NCBI GenBank assembly: GCA_951406725.2
Contig: OX597821.1
Coordinates: 75,392,001 to 75,456,000 of the forward strand
Direction: 5' to 3'
Origin: Octopus vulgaris
Lineage: Eukaryota
DNA: 64,000 nt
The notes beneath the pieces are model-generated. The model was not told where the DNA came from. It made no database searches and saw nothing but the letters and a program-made list of their open reading frames with translations. This document shows positions 40,749 through 54,874 of this stretch, piece after piece. The translations under genes and the position numbers were made by a program. Within the stretch, counting starts at the first letter, position 1. Each line of letters opens with the position of its first letter.

Positions 40749-41102
40749 CAGTTTTTCAAACTGTGGGTCCTGACCCTTCAGTGGGTCGCCAGATAAATAA
40801 AGTGGGCCGCGACAAAAAAAGGAGGAAAGGAAAAACCGCAAGTGTGTGCAAAGTGCAGGAGATAAACTCATCTAAATGTTGCACGGCGATCATAAACCAT
40901 CGCTAGTTTTCCCGACTTCTCCCATGGCGAGGCAGGCTTCACCAATTAAAACATAATACATATAATTAGGAATTTATTATACATATACAAATGGGATGTT
41001 ATCGCAGTCAAGATAACTTCAAGGTTTTGTCTAAGGCATGGGTCGCAATGCAAAATGTGGTTCTTGCTGTGGGTTGCATTAAAAATAGTTTGAGAAACGC
41101 TG
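40749..41102. mobile_element. hAT-type MITE
   Basis: Termini cagtttttcaaact / agtttgagaaacgctg, repeated internal tgggtcgc motifs, partial TSD gtttaggg/gtttcaga. Confidence 0.7.
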
Positions 41103-41538
41103 GTTTCAGATGGTCCTAATTAAAGTGGTTCTAATAAGAGAAATGACAGGTGTTCTTAAGCAGTTTATTTAGGAGGAAGGGAAAGGCACTGCCCATGACC
41201 TTTTACTGGGACTAAGAAACTAGTGGAAAGGTGGCGGGTGTGGGGGGAGGTAAAATATTCTCAAACTGAAACCCGACTCGAACACTTGTAACAGAATGGA
41301 CCACGCTAAGTTCACTCTAGAAAAAGGCGGTGCTGTTAAAGATGCTCAGCGTTATTTGAACACTAAACGGTAACAACGGCAATAAATACTGCAAAACATC
41401 TTTATGTAGTGGAGATGGCAGTTGTTGGGGGTGAGGGTTAGGGCGTTGGTAGTTATGTTGTTGCTGATCAGTGATGGCTGTATAGGTGAAAGTAGTGATG
41501 AGAATGATTAATTATTGTAAGGAACATATTGGTTTGTT

Positions 41539-41808
41539 AATACAGTTGTACATTTAAGAGATGAGGAATTATGCACATTATTTACATTTAACGGATATTT
41601 GTCCTCATTTTGTTTGTTGTTAACACAACGTTTCGGCTGATATACCCTCCAGTCTTCATCAGGTGTCTTGGAGAAATTTTGAACCTGGGTTCTCATTCCT
41701 AAGGTATGTTGTTGTTGCTGGTATTCTTCTTCTTCTTCTTCTTCTTCATCTTCTTCTTCTTCTTCTTCTTCTTCTTATTATTATTATTATTATTATTAAT
41801 ATTATTAA

Positions 41809-41843
<35 letters not shown>

Positions 41844-41932
41844 TCACTGCCTGGAATCGAATTCGGAATCTTGGGGTTAGTAGCCCGCGTTCTTAACCAC
41901 TACGCCAAATATCCGTCAAATGTAAATAATGT
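41539..41932 (-). mobile_element. Family-1 tRNA-head/hammerhead element, copy C (most complete), with 13-bp TSD
   Basis: tRNA-like head 41841-41907, expanded (TAA/GAA/CAA)n, hammerhead 41622-41667, tail to 41541, inverted tail 41907-41933; TSD atattggtttgtt at 41526-41538 and 41933-41945. Confidence 0.88.
41622..41667 (-). ncRNA. Minimal type I hammerhead ribozyme motif
   Basis: Minus strand GACAC-CUGAUGA-A-GACUG-gaggguauau-CAGCC-GAAA-CG-UU-GUGUU; intact core, one stem II mismatch, palindromic loopless helix III. Confidence 0.8.
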
Positions 41933-42584
41933 ATATTGGTTTGTTGTTGACCTTGTTGTCATCAGTATTTAGCCCTAGGTAGGATCTGATCAACCAGCCC
42001 TACGATCAAAGGCATTCAAGCGATTACTGTCTTCTCTTTTACTTCATATACTCTACACGGGGACGCATTATTACTTTGTCCCTGGGGCGATGTGTATTCT
42101 GAGAAGTTTTACTTGCTATTTCTAGGAAACCGAGCTACACAGTAGAGCGATCATGGGCAACATGAGGCCCGCGGCACTTTCAGAACAGCACGTCAGACGA
42201 AAAATTACCTTGACTATTTTTAGCAGGGCGGCACACCTAATGATGACTGAAACTGCGTCTGTTTGTGGAGCCTTGGAATGGGAATTCCAAGGTTTTGAAG
42301 AGTGTGGAAGAACCTCTTAGCCACTATTGTTCCCCGGTATACTCTGACCTAGGGTAGTATCACTTGCTTGAGTCCTAGTTATGGGTCAACTAGCATGTGG
42401 GCCACCCGCTTCAAATCCAAGCTACGTCTGCTCTGATAACCGGTGCTGACTTGGTCAGTGAATCCTCTGCAACCAACGGCAAGATGAGCCGCTCCAGATC
42501 ACGCTATCCTAAAGTGTGTATGCATGTGACCGGGGACCACACGTGAACATGATTTCCTAATTAACTCGATACCTTAACAACATG

Positions 42585-42660
42585 CACCTCAACAACGAAT
42601 GACGACTCTACACCTCAACAACGAATGACGACTCTACACCTCGACAACAAATGACGACTG
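42585..42660. repeat. 26-bp tandem repeat, about 3 copies (cacctcaacaacgaatgacgactcta)
   Basis: Directly visible. Confidence 0.85.
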
Positions 42661-43899
42661 CGGCTACTCCACCCGTGTTATCCGACGAGTTTCTTCTCCA
42701 TTGGGACATTTGTCAAATTTGCAAGCTAGACTTTTGGGCCACAGGCAGAAGCATTATTCAGCCTGCTTGAACGTTGGGTCAGCATTCATGAGGGATCTGG
42801 TGAATTCATTTGTCAAAGCTGGCTCAACCCTGCCCGGAAGAATGCCGCTACATATACAAGTACTGTTTCATGCGCCTCGCTTTTGGAAAGCGGGTCTACC
42901 TAGCCTACTGTAGAAGATTTCTCATTGGTTTGTTGGCAGTGCAAGTGATGGAGAACAACCGATAATGGTTGAGCCGTTGACAAAATAAGATAGCGAGATA
43001 TTATTGATGTTGTTGTTCTTTTGTTAAATTTGTTTTTGTTTCTGCTGTTTAACCTCAAGACAGTTCTAGGAAAGCAGGAAGAAGGTCAAAGACAATCCAA
43101 CCATGAGCATTCCACTTTTCAGACATAACCTACGACTACATTATCCAATATGTCTTTTGTCAAGAAAGCAGGATGTGATTCAGGGTATGTTGGCTACGAT
43201 TACTAGCACCTGGAGTAACTGTGTGAATGTTCCCTTCTGTCTCGTTGTCTTTTCAAAGAACAGATCAAAGAAATTTCAGCCGTGATAATTCCATATGTTT
43301 TTTTATATCCAAAATTATGAAGCGTTAAGGAGAAGTTTGGATGAATTTTCTGGTTTAGTGACCCGATAAAGGTTGGTTCGTTGCCGTTGTTGATGTTCAT
43401 GTCTAGGTCAGACTTGATCGAGGATTCCCATTATCAAAGTTATTGTAACTGTGACCATCCCGTTTCTCTCCTGTGTGTAGGGAGCACATAATCCAAAGTG
43501 TGTTTTGGTAAGACACTGGAATGCAATTTGAGGGAGTGTGACTGCTACTTCTAGCCAGCGAAGTAATCACGTAGAGGCTCTCTCGTTGGCTGGCGTTGTT
43601 GTGTTAATAGTAAATGGTTAAATAGGGGAAAGGAAGCTGAGGAAATGGAGATGAAGGGAAGAAGGAGAGTGGTTGGTTGGTGAAAGGGAGAGAGAGAGAG
43701 AGAGAGGTAGAGGAGCAAGAGAGAGGAGTAGGTGGAGGGGGAGAGAGGGAGAGAGAGACAGATAGCGGGTAGGTGGAGGAGAGTGAAAGGCAGAAAGAAG
43801 AAAACTACACAAAAATAAAATAAAAATATGAAAAGAAACAGCAGGCAGTGAAACACAGCATGAAGCAGATGTGGTTGGCAGACGAAGAATTTGCAGCCA

Positions 43900-44624
43900 T
43901 CTTGCCACTACCACCACCACCACCACTACTGCCTCCACCACCACCACCACCACCACCACCACTACCACCACCACCACCACCACCACCACAACAACAACAA
44001 CAACAGCCGCCACCACAACAACAGCAACAACAGCAACAACAACATCTACCACCACAACAACAACCACAACTATCACCAGCACCACCGCCACCACCATTAC
44101 CACAACAACAACAACAACAGCCGTCGCCACAACAGCAACAACATCTATCACCACAACCGCAACAACAACAACCACAACAACCACCACCACCATCACAACT
44201 ATTATCAGTGTCATTACTACTACCACCGCCATCAACACCACAGCCACCACCACCACCACCACCACCACCACTACATTACTACAACTGCTTTCTATTACCA
44301 CCACCAACTACAACAGTGGCAACAGCAACGTCATGTCCCATTGCTGCTGCTACTGCTGTTGCTGCTGCTGCGGCTGCAATCATAATCATGGTCATCATTA
44401 TCCTCTTTATCACCACCACCACCACCATCACCACCACCTCCACCATCACCAGTACCATTCCATTCACAACTGCCTCCACTAGTAAAATCAGCCTCAATAC
44501 TACTAACACTACCACCAATACTATCACAACCGTACTCATATCACCCACACTCCGAAAAACCACCACCACCACCATCCACACAACCAAAACGAACATCATC
44601 ATCAGCGAAGTCTATACCGCAACG

Positions 44625-44686
<62 letters not shown>

Positions 44687-45150
44687 CACCACCACCACCA
44701 CCACCACCACCACCACCACCACCACGAACAGATTCACCGCAACCACCACATCCACAGCTTCCCTAGCATCACTACCACCACCACCATCCCTGACACCACT
44801 ACCACCACAGCCGCCGCCTTCACCATTACATCTACCACCTCCACTATCACCAGGACAACCTCCAACACCCACCACTACCACCACCGCCACCACCACCGCT
44901 ACATCACTGTGACCGTCACTTACATCACCACCAACGTCGTCACGCCACAGGAAGCAGCGCTACAATCACCCACCCCCAACACCAACACCACCACTACCAC
45001 CGGTACAACACAATCAGCACAGCGACCATCACTATCATCAACACCAACGTCGTCATCGCCACGAGAAGCAACGCTACAATCACCCCCACCCCACCACCAC
45101 CAACAACACCGCCACCAATACCACCACCATCACCACAACCTCCGCCAACG
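43900..45150. repeat. About 1.2-kb degenerate (CAC/CAA/CTA)n trinucleotide region
   Basis: Open in several frames on both strands as poly-P/T/H/Q/V, as expected for a simple repeat. Confidence 0.85.
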
Positions 45151-46141
45151 TCAGCCATCATTTTGTAGAAGCTGAAGGCAAATCCTTATGACAGTTGAAG
45201 AAGTTTCTGTAAAGATCATTCGATTAGTTGAGTCGGCAGATAGAGCAAATTAAGTGGCCCAATAAGCTGGACCAATGGTTGACAAGCACAGGGCTGGAAC
45301 CCACCATCCCCAGCTCCCTCTCATTACATATACTTGCACTCGTTCGCACAAACAGAAACGCACACGCACACACGCACATACGGGCGCAGGCGCTTACACA
45401 TTCACGCAAATACATAAACACACGTCACTCACAAATATACACAAGCGTACACAAACATAACACACATTAAAAGACAATAGTAAACACACGCGGATACACA
45501 CACACGCACACACACACATGAACAAATAAATATATTTACATACAACTGGATGGTGAAAACACACACACACACACACACACAAATACGCAATCAGCTACAG
45601 ACACACTAGCCTCAAACTCACGCAAACACTCACAAAGGCACACATTCATATAGAGACAAACACACATACACTGGCAAATACAAACGCACGGACACGAACA
45701 CGAACGCACAGTAACACAGACACAAAAACAAAAAAAAAATCCATATTAAACATTATCTCAAGCATACACTAACGCACAAGCACGCACACACACACACACA
45801 CACGAACACACACTCAAACGAATATGAACAGTTATAAGCAGATATACATACGCACGCGCCCAAACGAAGGTACAAACAACAGTTACACAGGATTAACCAC
45901 CAAACAGCAACAACGATGAATAGGCAGTCATAACAACAACAACAGCAACACACAGAAAATACTAACAACAGCTTCAACAATAACAACAACAAGATCGGCA
46001 ATAACAACGATAGAACAACACTACGACAAAAAACAACAACATCGATGACATCAGCAACAACACAAACAACAGCGGTACAGCAATGGTGTCAAGAGTGGGT
46101 GCAGCAAATAACAACAACAATATTTACAACAACAAAGCATG

Positions 46142-46185
<44 letters not shown>

Positions 46186-46566
46186 GCGGCTGCTACTGCT
46201 GCAGTTGGTATGACTGTAATAACAGCATTTCATATTGAGGTGGGGATAAAAACAGTAATAACAACATGAATAACGATAACAAAATTGAAGTAAAAATCAA
46301 ATAAGGAAAATAACAACATACATAAGAGGAAATCATCTCAAAAACTGCAACATCAACGTCAAAAATATAACCAGCAACTTTAATAACAACACCAACAACA
46401 GTGATTATATCGGCAAAATGAGGAACAATGACAAAACCAAACAAGAGCATGACAAACAAGATGAGAAGAACAAAAGGAAAGAAACCAGCATTGACATCGG
46501 CATCATGAGCATCATCATCATCATCATCATCATCAACTACTACTACTGCCGTTGCTGCTGCTGCTG

Positions 46567-46604
<38 letters not shown>

Positions 46605-46605
46605 G

Positions 46606-46640
<35 letters not shown>

Positions 46641-46802
46641 GCTACAATATCAACAAGTTTAAGAGAAAGAGAAGGTTGAAATGGAGAGCATCACGGTTAA
46701 TAAATATGTACATACATATATATACAAGCACAGATAGATATGCATACATATATATGTATGTATATGTACATATATATATATATATATACATATATATACG
46801 TG

Positions 46803-46857
<55 letters not shown>

Positions 46858-47057
46858 AGAGAGAGAGAGAGAGAAAGAGAGAGAAAGAGTGAAAGGTTCA
46901 TAGACAGACAGATATAGAGATAGATAGACAGATAGATGAATATACAGATAAATAGTTATGTATATACATACATATACATATTTATATTCATACTCTATGG
47001 TTATATATATATATATATAGATAGATATATATGTCTGTATATCTATCTATCTATATT

Positions 47058-47107
<50 letters not shown>

Positions 47108-48072
47108 TATGTATGTATATATGCATGCACTCTAGTTACATATATAGAAAAATTATAAACAGAACGAGAGGGATGATATCTACTCATATGTGAATGTGCG
47201 TGTGAGTGTTTGTGTGTGTGTGTGTGTGTATGTGTGTTTGTGCGTGTGTGCATGCATCTATGTATGCATGTGCGCGTGCAGGCACGTATGTGTTTACATT
47301 TTTATGTTTTTCTTTACATACATGTACAAATACACGACAGACACGCACGCACACACACACATACATAGATACATACAAATCTATATATAAATATATATAT
47401 GTATGTATGTGTATATATAAATATACATACATACATACATACACACATACATACATATAGATACATGCATGGATGAATACGTATATACATGCATACATGC
47501 ATATATATACACACATACGTATATACATACGTGCATACATATATATTACTTAAACCAAGTTGTGTGTATATGTTTACGCTGCTCGCATATATTGTGAACA
47601 TATATGTGTTTCTAGGCTTCTCTGCATCGATGTATATGGCGCACGGGCGTACACTTGCAGGCTGGCTTCCCTATGAAGTCAGGCAACGCATTGAAAGAGA
47701 GAAAAGAAGGATTATGTTGGATATTTTCTAAAATGAATAGAAAATTAGATAAGATGCAGTGTTGATAGCTACAGGGTGGGGCGATAGGGGGGAGGTGAGG
47801 GTAGTGGATAGGGATAGACAATATGAAGGAGACACGTGTTTCAACATTATATATAGTGTATGTCTGTACACATTCACTATATAGTTGACTATAATAAGTA
47901 TATGTAGACGTAACTAAATGTGGTTATCTTCCAATCTTGTGATGTGATATGCGTGTATATATATATATATATACTTGTACACTCACAAACGCGCAAACAA
48001 TAAGTTTGCGTTTATGCATATATGTAAAAGTAGACGTAGCTGTAGATATATATGTGTATGTATGCATATATG

Positions 48073-48111
<39 letters not shown>

Positions 48112-48527
48112 TTAATACATACATACAAAAGATAAGTACATTCATACACACACATATATCAGCATATATATATTTGTATATGTATATATGTATGTATACA
48201 TGGGCATATATGTATGCCTGTGTATGTATACATCATATATATATATATATGTATATATGTGTACATATATGTATATATGTGTATGTCTATGTACGTATAT
48301 CTACATATACATATATATATATATGTATGTATGTATGTGCATGAATATGTATTCATGTGAGTGTGTATGTTTATTTACATACACTGTAAAATTTTTAAGA
48401 TTCACATCCGACGAAAGTAGTATAGTTTCGTTTAAATAAATCTAATACTTAGTGTCATGTGGTGTGCGTGTTTCATTTATATTCACAGAGTTCGAACCTT
48501 CGTGCACACTAGCGCGCGCTAAAACAT

Positions 48528-48584
<57 letters not shown>

Positions 48585-48699
48585 GCACATATATACATGT
48601 GTGTGTGTGTTTTGTATGTATATCGATGTTGGTGCTCATGTATTTCCCTTGTGTATATATGTACATATCTAATATTGTATGCATAAATACATATTGTTG

Positions 48700-50058
48700 C
48701 ATTTCGGGACGGTCATGCTTTTTGCCAAATAAACACACGCATTGAATATTCGTTCTTCATTCGTTTATTATTGTTCTTATGTTTACTCATGTTCATTGTC
48801 CCGAAAGCTTTCATCACATGTCTGAGAACTCTTACCGCCCTCGTGTGTGTATATTGTTTGTTTTCGATTGTGTCATCTACACAGTATTGTAAGGCTAGTT
48901 GAGTACCGTCGGTGAGAAAAAATACAGCACCATGACGCAATTCACTCTGCCAGAAATTTGGAAACGGCATGTTGTACTGCTTGGAATTCGTGCCAGAAGC
49001 TCCATTTCAGAGTGTTTGAGTGTTAATGTGAGGACAGTGCAGAGGATTTAGAATGAGTTGAATAAGTCTAATAGTGATTACGAAGGAACGGCTACTCAGA
49101 AAGTACACTCAGATCGTTCTGATAGGAAAAGAACTCCTGAATTTGTTGATGAGATCCAGGCCAGGATTGACAACGATCCCTCCAAGTCAATCAGGCCCAT
49201 CGCCTGGGACATGAGAGTGTCTGAGTTTCTTATCGGGCATGAAGACATTCGGTATTCGTCATACAAGATAAAAAAGGGTAACTTTTTATGCCAAGCCATC
49301 AAGGAAAAGAGGGGACTTCAAAGCTTTTGAACAAACTCAAGCACCCCACTCCTACCGAACATGCTTTGGTTTTCTCAGACGAGAAAATTTTCTGCCAGGA
49401 TTAGATGGTGAACACACAGAACAACCGTTGGCTTGCCGTGTCCCCAAATCATGTACCGATTGGGATTAAAATCAAACATCCAGTCAACATCATGGTGTTT
49501 GGAGTGATCACTAGTGATGGCAGCGGTACGCCTCCATTCCTCTTCCCTCGGACTCAAAACTGAAGCCTACATAAAGTGCCTTGATGAGGTTGTGCTACCC
49601 TGGGTCAAGAGGGTGGCTGCTGGAAGACCTTATGTCTGGCAACAGGACTCTGCACCATGCCACACAAACAGGAGTATTCAATCTTGGCTGTCAGACAATT
49701 TCTGCGATTGCATCACCTCTAACATCTGGCCACCTAACACCCCAGACTGTAACCACCTTGATTATTATGTGTGGGGTGCAGTTGAGCGAGAGGCCAACAA
49801 AACTCTTTGTAACACCAAAGATTGACTAAAGGCAAGGATTATGGCAGCATTCACCAACTTAAACAAGGAGACTGTCCAGTAGAGTTGCAGGAGATTCCAA
49901 AGTTGTCTGGAGGCCATGGTTGAAGACGATGGTCATTTTATTTAATAAATTTCAAGATATTTCTAATGCAATTTTGGTAAATATATCAATTACAATGAGA
50001 TGTCAGTAGTATTTTTATTTTTGCATAATTTAGACAACAGTTTATTCACCACACCCTG
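48700..50058 (+). mobile_element. Decayed Tc1/mariner-superfamily DD37D (maT) transposon; right end present, left TIR not recognised
   Basis: Ends ...tttattcaccacaccctg|TA at 50058-50060; left boundary approximate. Confidence 0.8.
48932..49945 (+). pseudogene. DD37D transposase pseudogene (stops and frameshifts)
   Basis: HTH-like VNVRTVQRI, NDPSKSIR, WFFSDEK, IMVFGVITSDG, WQQDSAPCH...WPPNTPDCNHLDYYVWG with 37 residues between the second and third Asp. Confidence 0.92.
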
Positions 50059-50071
50059 TAAATGTATGCAT

Positions 50072-50111
<40 letters not shown>

Positions 50112-52231
50112 CTGTACTTACATATGTATACATATATGTATACATTCAAACTTACATTGAGACAGATATTCATATATATATAAATATATATGTGCGTGCG
50201 TCTGTGTGTGTGCGTGTGAGTGAGCGTGTGTGCGGGCGCATGCGCATGCGTGTGTGGATTTACGTATTTCTATATGTATATATGTATGAGATAAAACACA
50301 TGCAGGATGTATAATGGTTGATAACACATTACTCAAAAACAGCGGTTGACATAAAAAATAACGGAAAACGTATTTGTAGAAAGATGCATTCATTGAAAAA
50401 CACAGAAATATATTGAATCTGAGCTAATTTTTCTAAACAACTTATAATTTTGTGGTGATAAGATATGAGGTATATTTTTCTTTTGTATATGTTTGTGCGG
50501 CAGTTTTCATAACCTATAGTGTCCAACACAATAAATCTATAAATGTTTTAACTTCCTTACTGGTAACAGCAAGAATTATCTGTAACAGAGGGACATAACC
50601 ACGATCTTTATGGGTTGGGTATTAGAGATTAGATGTAGCTAATAATTTAACTGATCTTAGTTTTATAGACCCATAATGAGTGACAGACAAAATTGACAAT
50701 GGTGGTTTAAGAACACACTATTGGCGATTATTTTGATCCGTACTACGAATTCCTCGCCAAAAAACCCGGTGCCCTTCTAAGTTAAAAACAATTCAAAAGA
50801 TCCCAAGTCCTTCGCTACTATCTAAAAGAGCATCTTCTAATAGTTATTGCATATCCAGCACTTTTTTCTGAAGTGTACTAACCATTTGTATTCCATTTTA
50901 TGGTTATCGCAGAGAACTTCTTCAATCTGACACCAAATTCGGTATGTGAACAATCCCTAAATGTTGGAATACTGACACATAAAATTTTCTTCAAATATTA
51001 ATAAATTCAATGCATTTTTATTAATATTCATTTTAACTTTTAAAATCTTTTCTTTTGTAAACTATTCGAACGTCGATGAATATTCTACTTTTATTTCATT
51101 TTCGATCAATTTGTGTAGCGGTCAATTAGTTTCCATATGAATATATTTTTCTATGAATATGTTTTTCTGTAACTTAGTCTTTCGTTCATTTTGCCATTTA
51201 TTCAATATACTTTAGTGTATTGTGTTTTCGACGCTAAAGAAGTAATCAACATAGTCGTTGATTGATTTATAATAAAAGATTTGAAGAAACAGTCCATGGT
51301 AGACTGACAAATGGATTAGTAAATTTAGATAGAATCTGAGAGAGTTTCCTTGATAGATAGAAAGCTACATGTCTAAACGAGTGGCCACCTGCACAGATAC
51401 ACAGATATAACAGTATGACAATGTAAATGAAAATGTGACAAAGAATCCCGCATATTCAGAAGAGTTAAAGAGTAAAAAGAAAATAAAGAAGAAATAAAAA
51501 ATCTATAGACATTTGAATATTTGAACGATATCGTGAGTTCTGTAGAAGTGGTGCAATGTGGAAGTAGCTTATAGAAACGGTAAAAAGAAGATAACAAAAA
51601 ACAATAAAACACGTACAAGGAAATCGCTTTAAAACGTTATACATTATTGAAATTGTTTGTTGGAAAATTTCTCCCGGCATTTTGATGAGATTTTTTTTTT
51701 TCTTTGCATATAAATATATCTAATAATTTATTTCTTAAATTTTATTTCTATTTTTCAAAGCTAAATACTTGTAAGAAACACGTGCTTGGCCAGTATTGGG
51801 AGCGAAAAAAATGGAAATTCTTTTCTTTTTGCTTCTCTCTAATTTCAGCTATTTTTTTTTTCATTTTCATTTTTACCTTTCAGCAAAATATAATGTTTTT
51901 GCGGTTTTCCTTCCAAATAATAGTGAGGGCTAATTTGCTCTTTGTTCTTTTTATTCTTTTATTCAATTGTCTCTCCCGCTTCACCCATCGCCTTTTATTT
52001 TTCACCATCCGATCATCATCCTCGCACATGGCTTCTCTCATAGGCGACAGTTTTGTAACTGTCACTCCTTAAGAAAAGAACGTTTAGAGTTTTTACTGCC
52101 ATACGTATGTATATATATATATACACTTATATATGTGAATATATATATAAATATATGTCTTTATATATACATATATATCTTTATATATATATATATATAT
52201 ATATATGACTTTATATATACATATAAATCTT

Positions 52232-52289
<58 letters not shown>

Positions 52290-52527
52290 TTAATTTCAAT
52301 GTTTCTGAGAAGGGATATTTCTTGTAGAATGAAATTTGTTCTCATATGTAAATTTAATCTCTACTTTCTGACATCACAAGAAACCTTCAACATACATTTT
52401 TACCTTTATTTTTTTACCCTGCTGCAAACTCGCGTGAAATCGACACCAAATTATATAAAAGGCAACAATAAGATCCTCCTCTAACCATTACCAAGTTTCT
52501 TCAAACTACTACGAAGTGCTGTTTTAG

Positions 52528-52619
52528 TGATAATAATAATAATAATACTAATAATAAATATAATAATAATAATGTTAATAATAATGATAAAAGTAATAAT
52601 GATAATAATAATAATAATG

Positions 52620-52662
<43 letters not shown>

Positions 52663-52692
52663 GAAGAAGAAGAAGAAGAAGAAGAAGAAAAT
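52528..52692. repeat. (TAA)n/(GAA)n microsatellite; similar tracts at 22880-22960, 23388-23512, 61206-61308, 62822-63070
   Basis: Directly visible. Confidence 0.95.
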
Positions 52693-52977
52693 AAAGATTT
52701 AGCTTCATTCAGGATTTACAACCAGCCTAACGTCCAATAACACACAGAAACAGAACACTCATACACACAGGCCCGCGTGCGCGCACGCGTATGTGGAGCT
52801 CCCGTGTGGACCCACCTGAACCCAGGGAAGAATACAGTCATATGTGTGTGTGTGTGTGTGTGTGTGTATTTGCGAGCGTAAACACATGAGGAGAAAGAGA
52901 TATCGTAGTTGCAATAGCTTTTGGATCTATGACATTAATTCTTTACTCAAAGCATATAGAGTAATATTGAGTGCTCT

Positions 52978-53190
52978 GAAGGCGGCTTGCTGACAGAAAC
53001 GTTAGCACACCGGGCGAAATGCTTAGCGTTATTTCGTCTTTACGTTCTGAGTTCAAATTCCGTTGAGGTCGACCTTGTCTTTCATCCTTTCGGGGTCGAA
53101 AAATTAAGTACCAGTTGCGTACAGGGGTCGATCTAATCGACTGGCTCCCTCCCCAAATAATTTCGGGCCTTGTGCCTAGAGTAGAAAAGA
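52978..53190 (+). mobile_element. SINE family A, tail type 2, with TSD
   Basis: TSD aatattgagtgctc / aatattgcgtgctc. Confidence 0.88.
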
Positions 53191-53734
53191 ATATTGCGTG
53201 CTCAAATCCTCACTGCAAAGATCTTGGACAATCCAAATAAAACAAGATGAAAATACTGGAAAATACTGGAAATACTGGAAATGCATTGATTTTCACCAAC
53301 AAAAATTCATTGGAATTACAATATATATATATATAAAGCTTATATACGCAAAGAAGAGCAGCTCCGTCCATTTCATTTCTTCACTAAAAGCAGCACGGAA
53401 AGGAGATCCCCAAAACACTGAAAAGAGTTGCTCCAGTATGGCTCCAGCCTCTGGCTGAAACCAGTAGAGTAATGAAAAGACAAACCACAGTAACTACGTC
53501 AAAAACACCGAAACAAATTCGTGTACTAAATAAAGCAATATCTATGGCCGTTGCATTTACCAACGTGTATCTCCATATCTGTCATATCGTCATATGATTA
53601 TTTAAATCTTTAAATTATATCGTTATGTTAGCAAACAGATTACATTTAAAAATAATATGGCTTGATACATCGCTGTTTTTAATATTTTGTTTAGAACTTT
53701 TCAATCTTCTGTATTTCTTTTGAACATCGTACCT

Positions 53735-53965
53735 ATTTCTTTATTACCCACAAGGGGCTAAACACAGAGGGGACACACAAGGACAGACATAGGTATTAAG
53801 TCGATTACATCGACCCCAGTACGTAACTGGTACTTAATTTATCGACCCCGAAAGGATGAAAGGCAAAGTCGACCTCGGCGGAATTTGAACTCACAACGTA
53901 ACGCAGACGAAATACCACTAAGCATTTCGCCCGGCGTGCTAACGTTTCTGCCAGCTCGCCGCCTT
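53735..53965 (-). mobile_element. Young SINE family A copy, tail type 1, with 16-bp TSD
   Basis: tttgaacatcgtacct at 53719-53734 and 53966-53981. Confidence 0.92.
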
Positions 53966-54337
53966 TTTGAACATCGTACCTGGTAAACTATCATCAAATC
54001 GTAAATTACAAAACTAGAAAATAAATAAAACCTTAGAAGTCATTGGACAATATATATGTCTGAACAGATTGACGTGGAACAGCAATGCAAAATTAATCCC
54101 CTACCTCAACTCTTGTTTATTTTTGTTCATATTATCAGAGCAAGTAGTGACTCAACAAATGCAGACAAAAAGTATATATTTTTCACAAAAATATTTAAAA
54201 ATTAAATTATGCAATTTAGGTATATAAGCAAATATTCAATTATTTTCGTGAAAATTATGAAACGTGATAAAAACTTAACATATTTTATTTTCGAAAGAGA
54301 GTTAGAATATATCTACTACATCTTTATATATACACAA

Positions 54338-54455
54338 AAAGAACGACCCAGGTTCAAATCCCGCAGGAGACAGGATATTAGAAAGCAGCAGAAGGAGACC
54401 TAGGAATCATGACCTTCGTGGGCCTGGTTCTCGTAGACTGTCTTATACAAGGGCC
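54338..54455 (+). repeat. Unclassified repeat; diverged inverted copy at about 56500-56620
   Basis: aagaacgacccaggttcaaa...taggaatcatgac...cctggttct(c/t)gtagactgtc shared in opposite orientation. Confidence 0.7.
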
Positions 54456-54749
54456 GAAACGCTTATCGGAAGGGAGTTGTTCCTCTGAAGATCTCACCTG
54501 ATGTGCGTTCGCCTTGCAGCGAGTTTCTGTTATTTTTCATGCAACGAATGATAAATGTGCTGCATTTATAAACTGTTTATGTTGAGGATACATTTGAATG
54601 GATCCGCTTTGTACTTTGCATGCCCAATATAAAGAACTACCCACAAGTCTTAGTGGATATCCTATCCTTAGAAACATGGAAATTAATCACACATGTCAGG
54701 TGGATAGACCAAAACGTTAAAAAAGAAAAAATAGAGCCTTTACGTATAC

Positions 54750-54874
54750 AACTCGTGCCCCACACATAATAACCCATGGGATTACAATTGAGAGAATTAT
54801 GAAAACAGAAACGTATCATTTGATAATAATATACATTATTATCAAATGATACGTTTCTGTTTTCATAATTCTCT
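54750..54874. other. maT transposase fragment (- strand, FCFHNSLNCNPMGYYVWG) ending in a perfect 40-bp-arm hairpin (54791-54874)
   Basis: 54791-54830 is the exact reverse complement of 54835-54874, loop atac. Confidence 0.85.

Noticed and set aside
40286-40906. 206-aa hydrophobic ORF resembling a membrane protein
   Set aside because: Low-complexity (GCT/GTT/GGT)n running into a hAT MITE.
43848-44912. 354-aa Pro/Gln/Thr-rich ORF
   Set aside because: Degenerate trinucleotide repeat open in several frames on both strands; no domain or splice support.
47770-47790. tacagggtg as the left TIR of the maT element
   Set aside because: The match to the right end stops after about 9 bp.
54450-54500. 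Possible type II hammerhead (GAAAC before CTGAAGA)
   Set aside because: Stem II strands do not pair.
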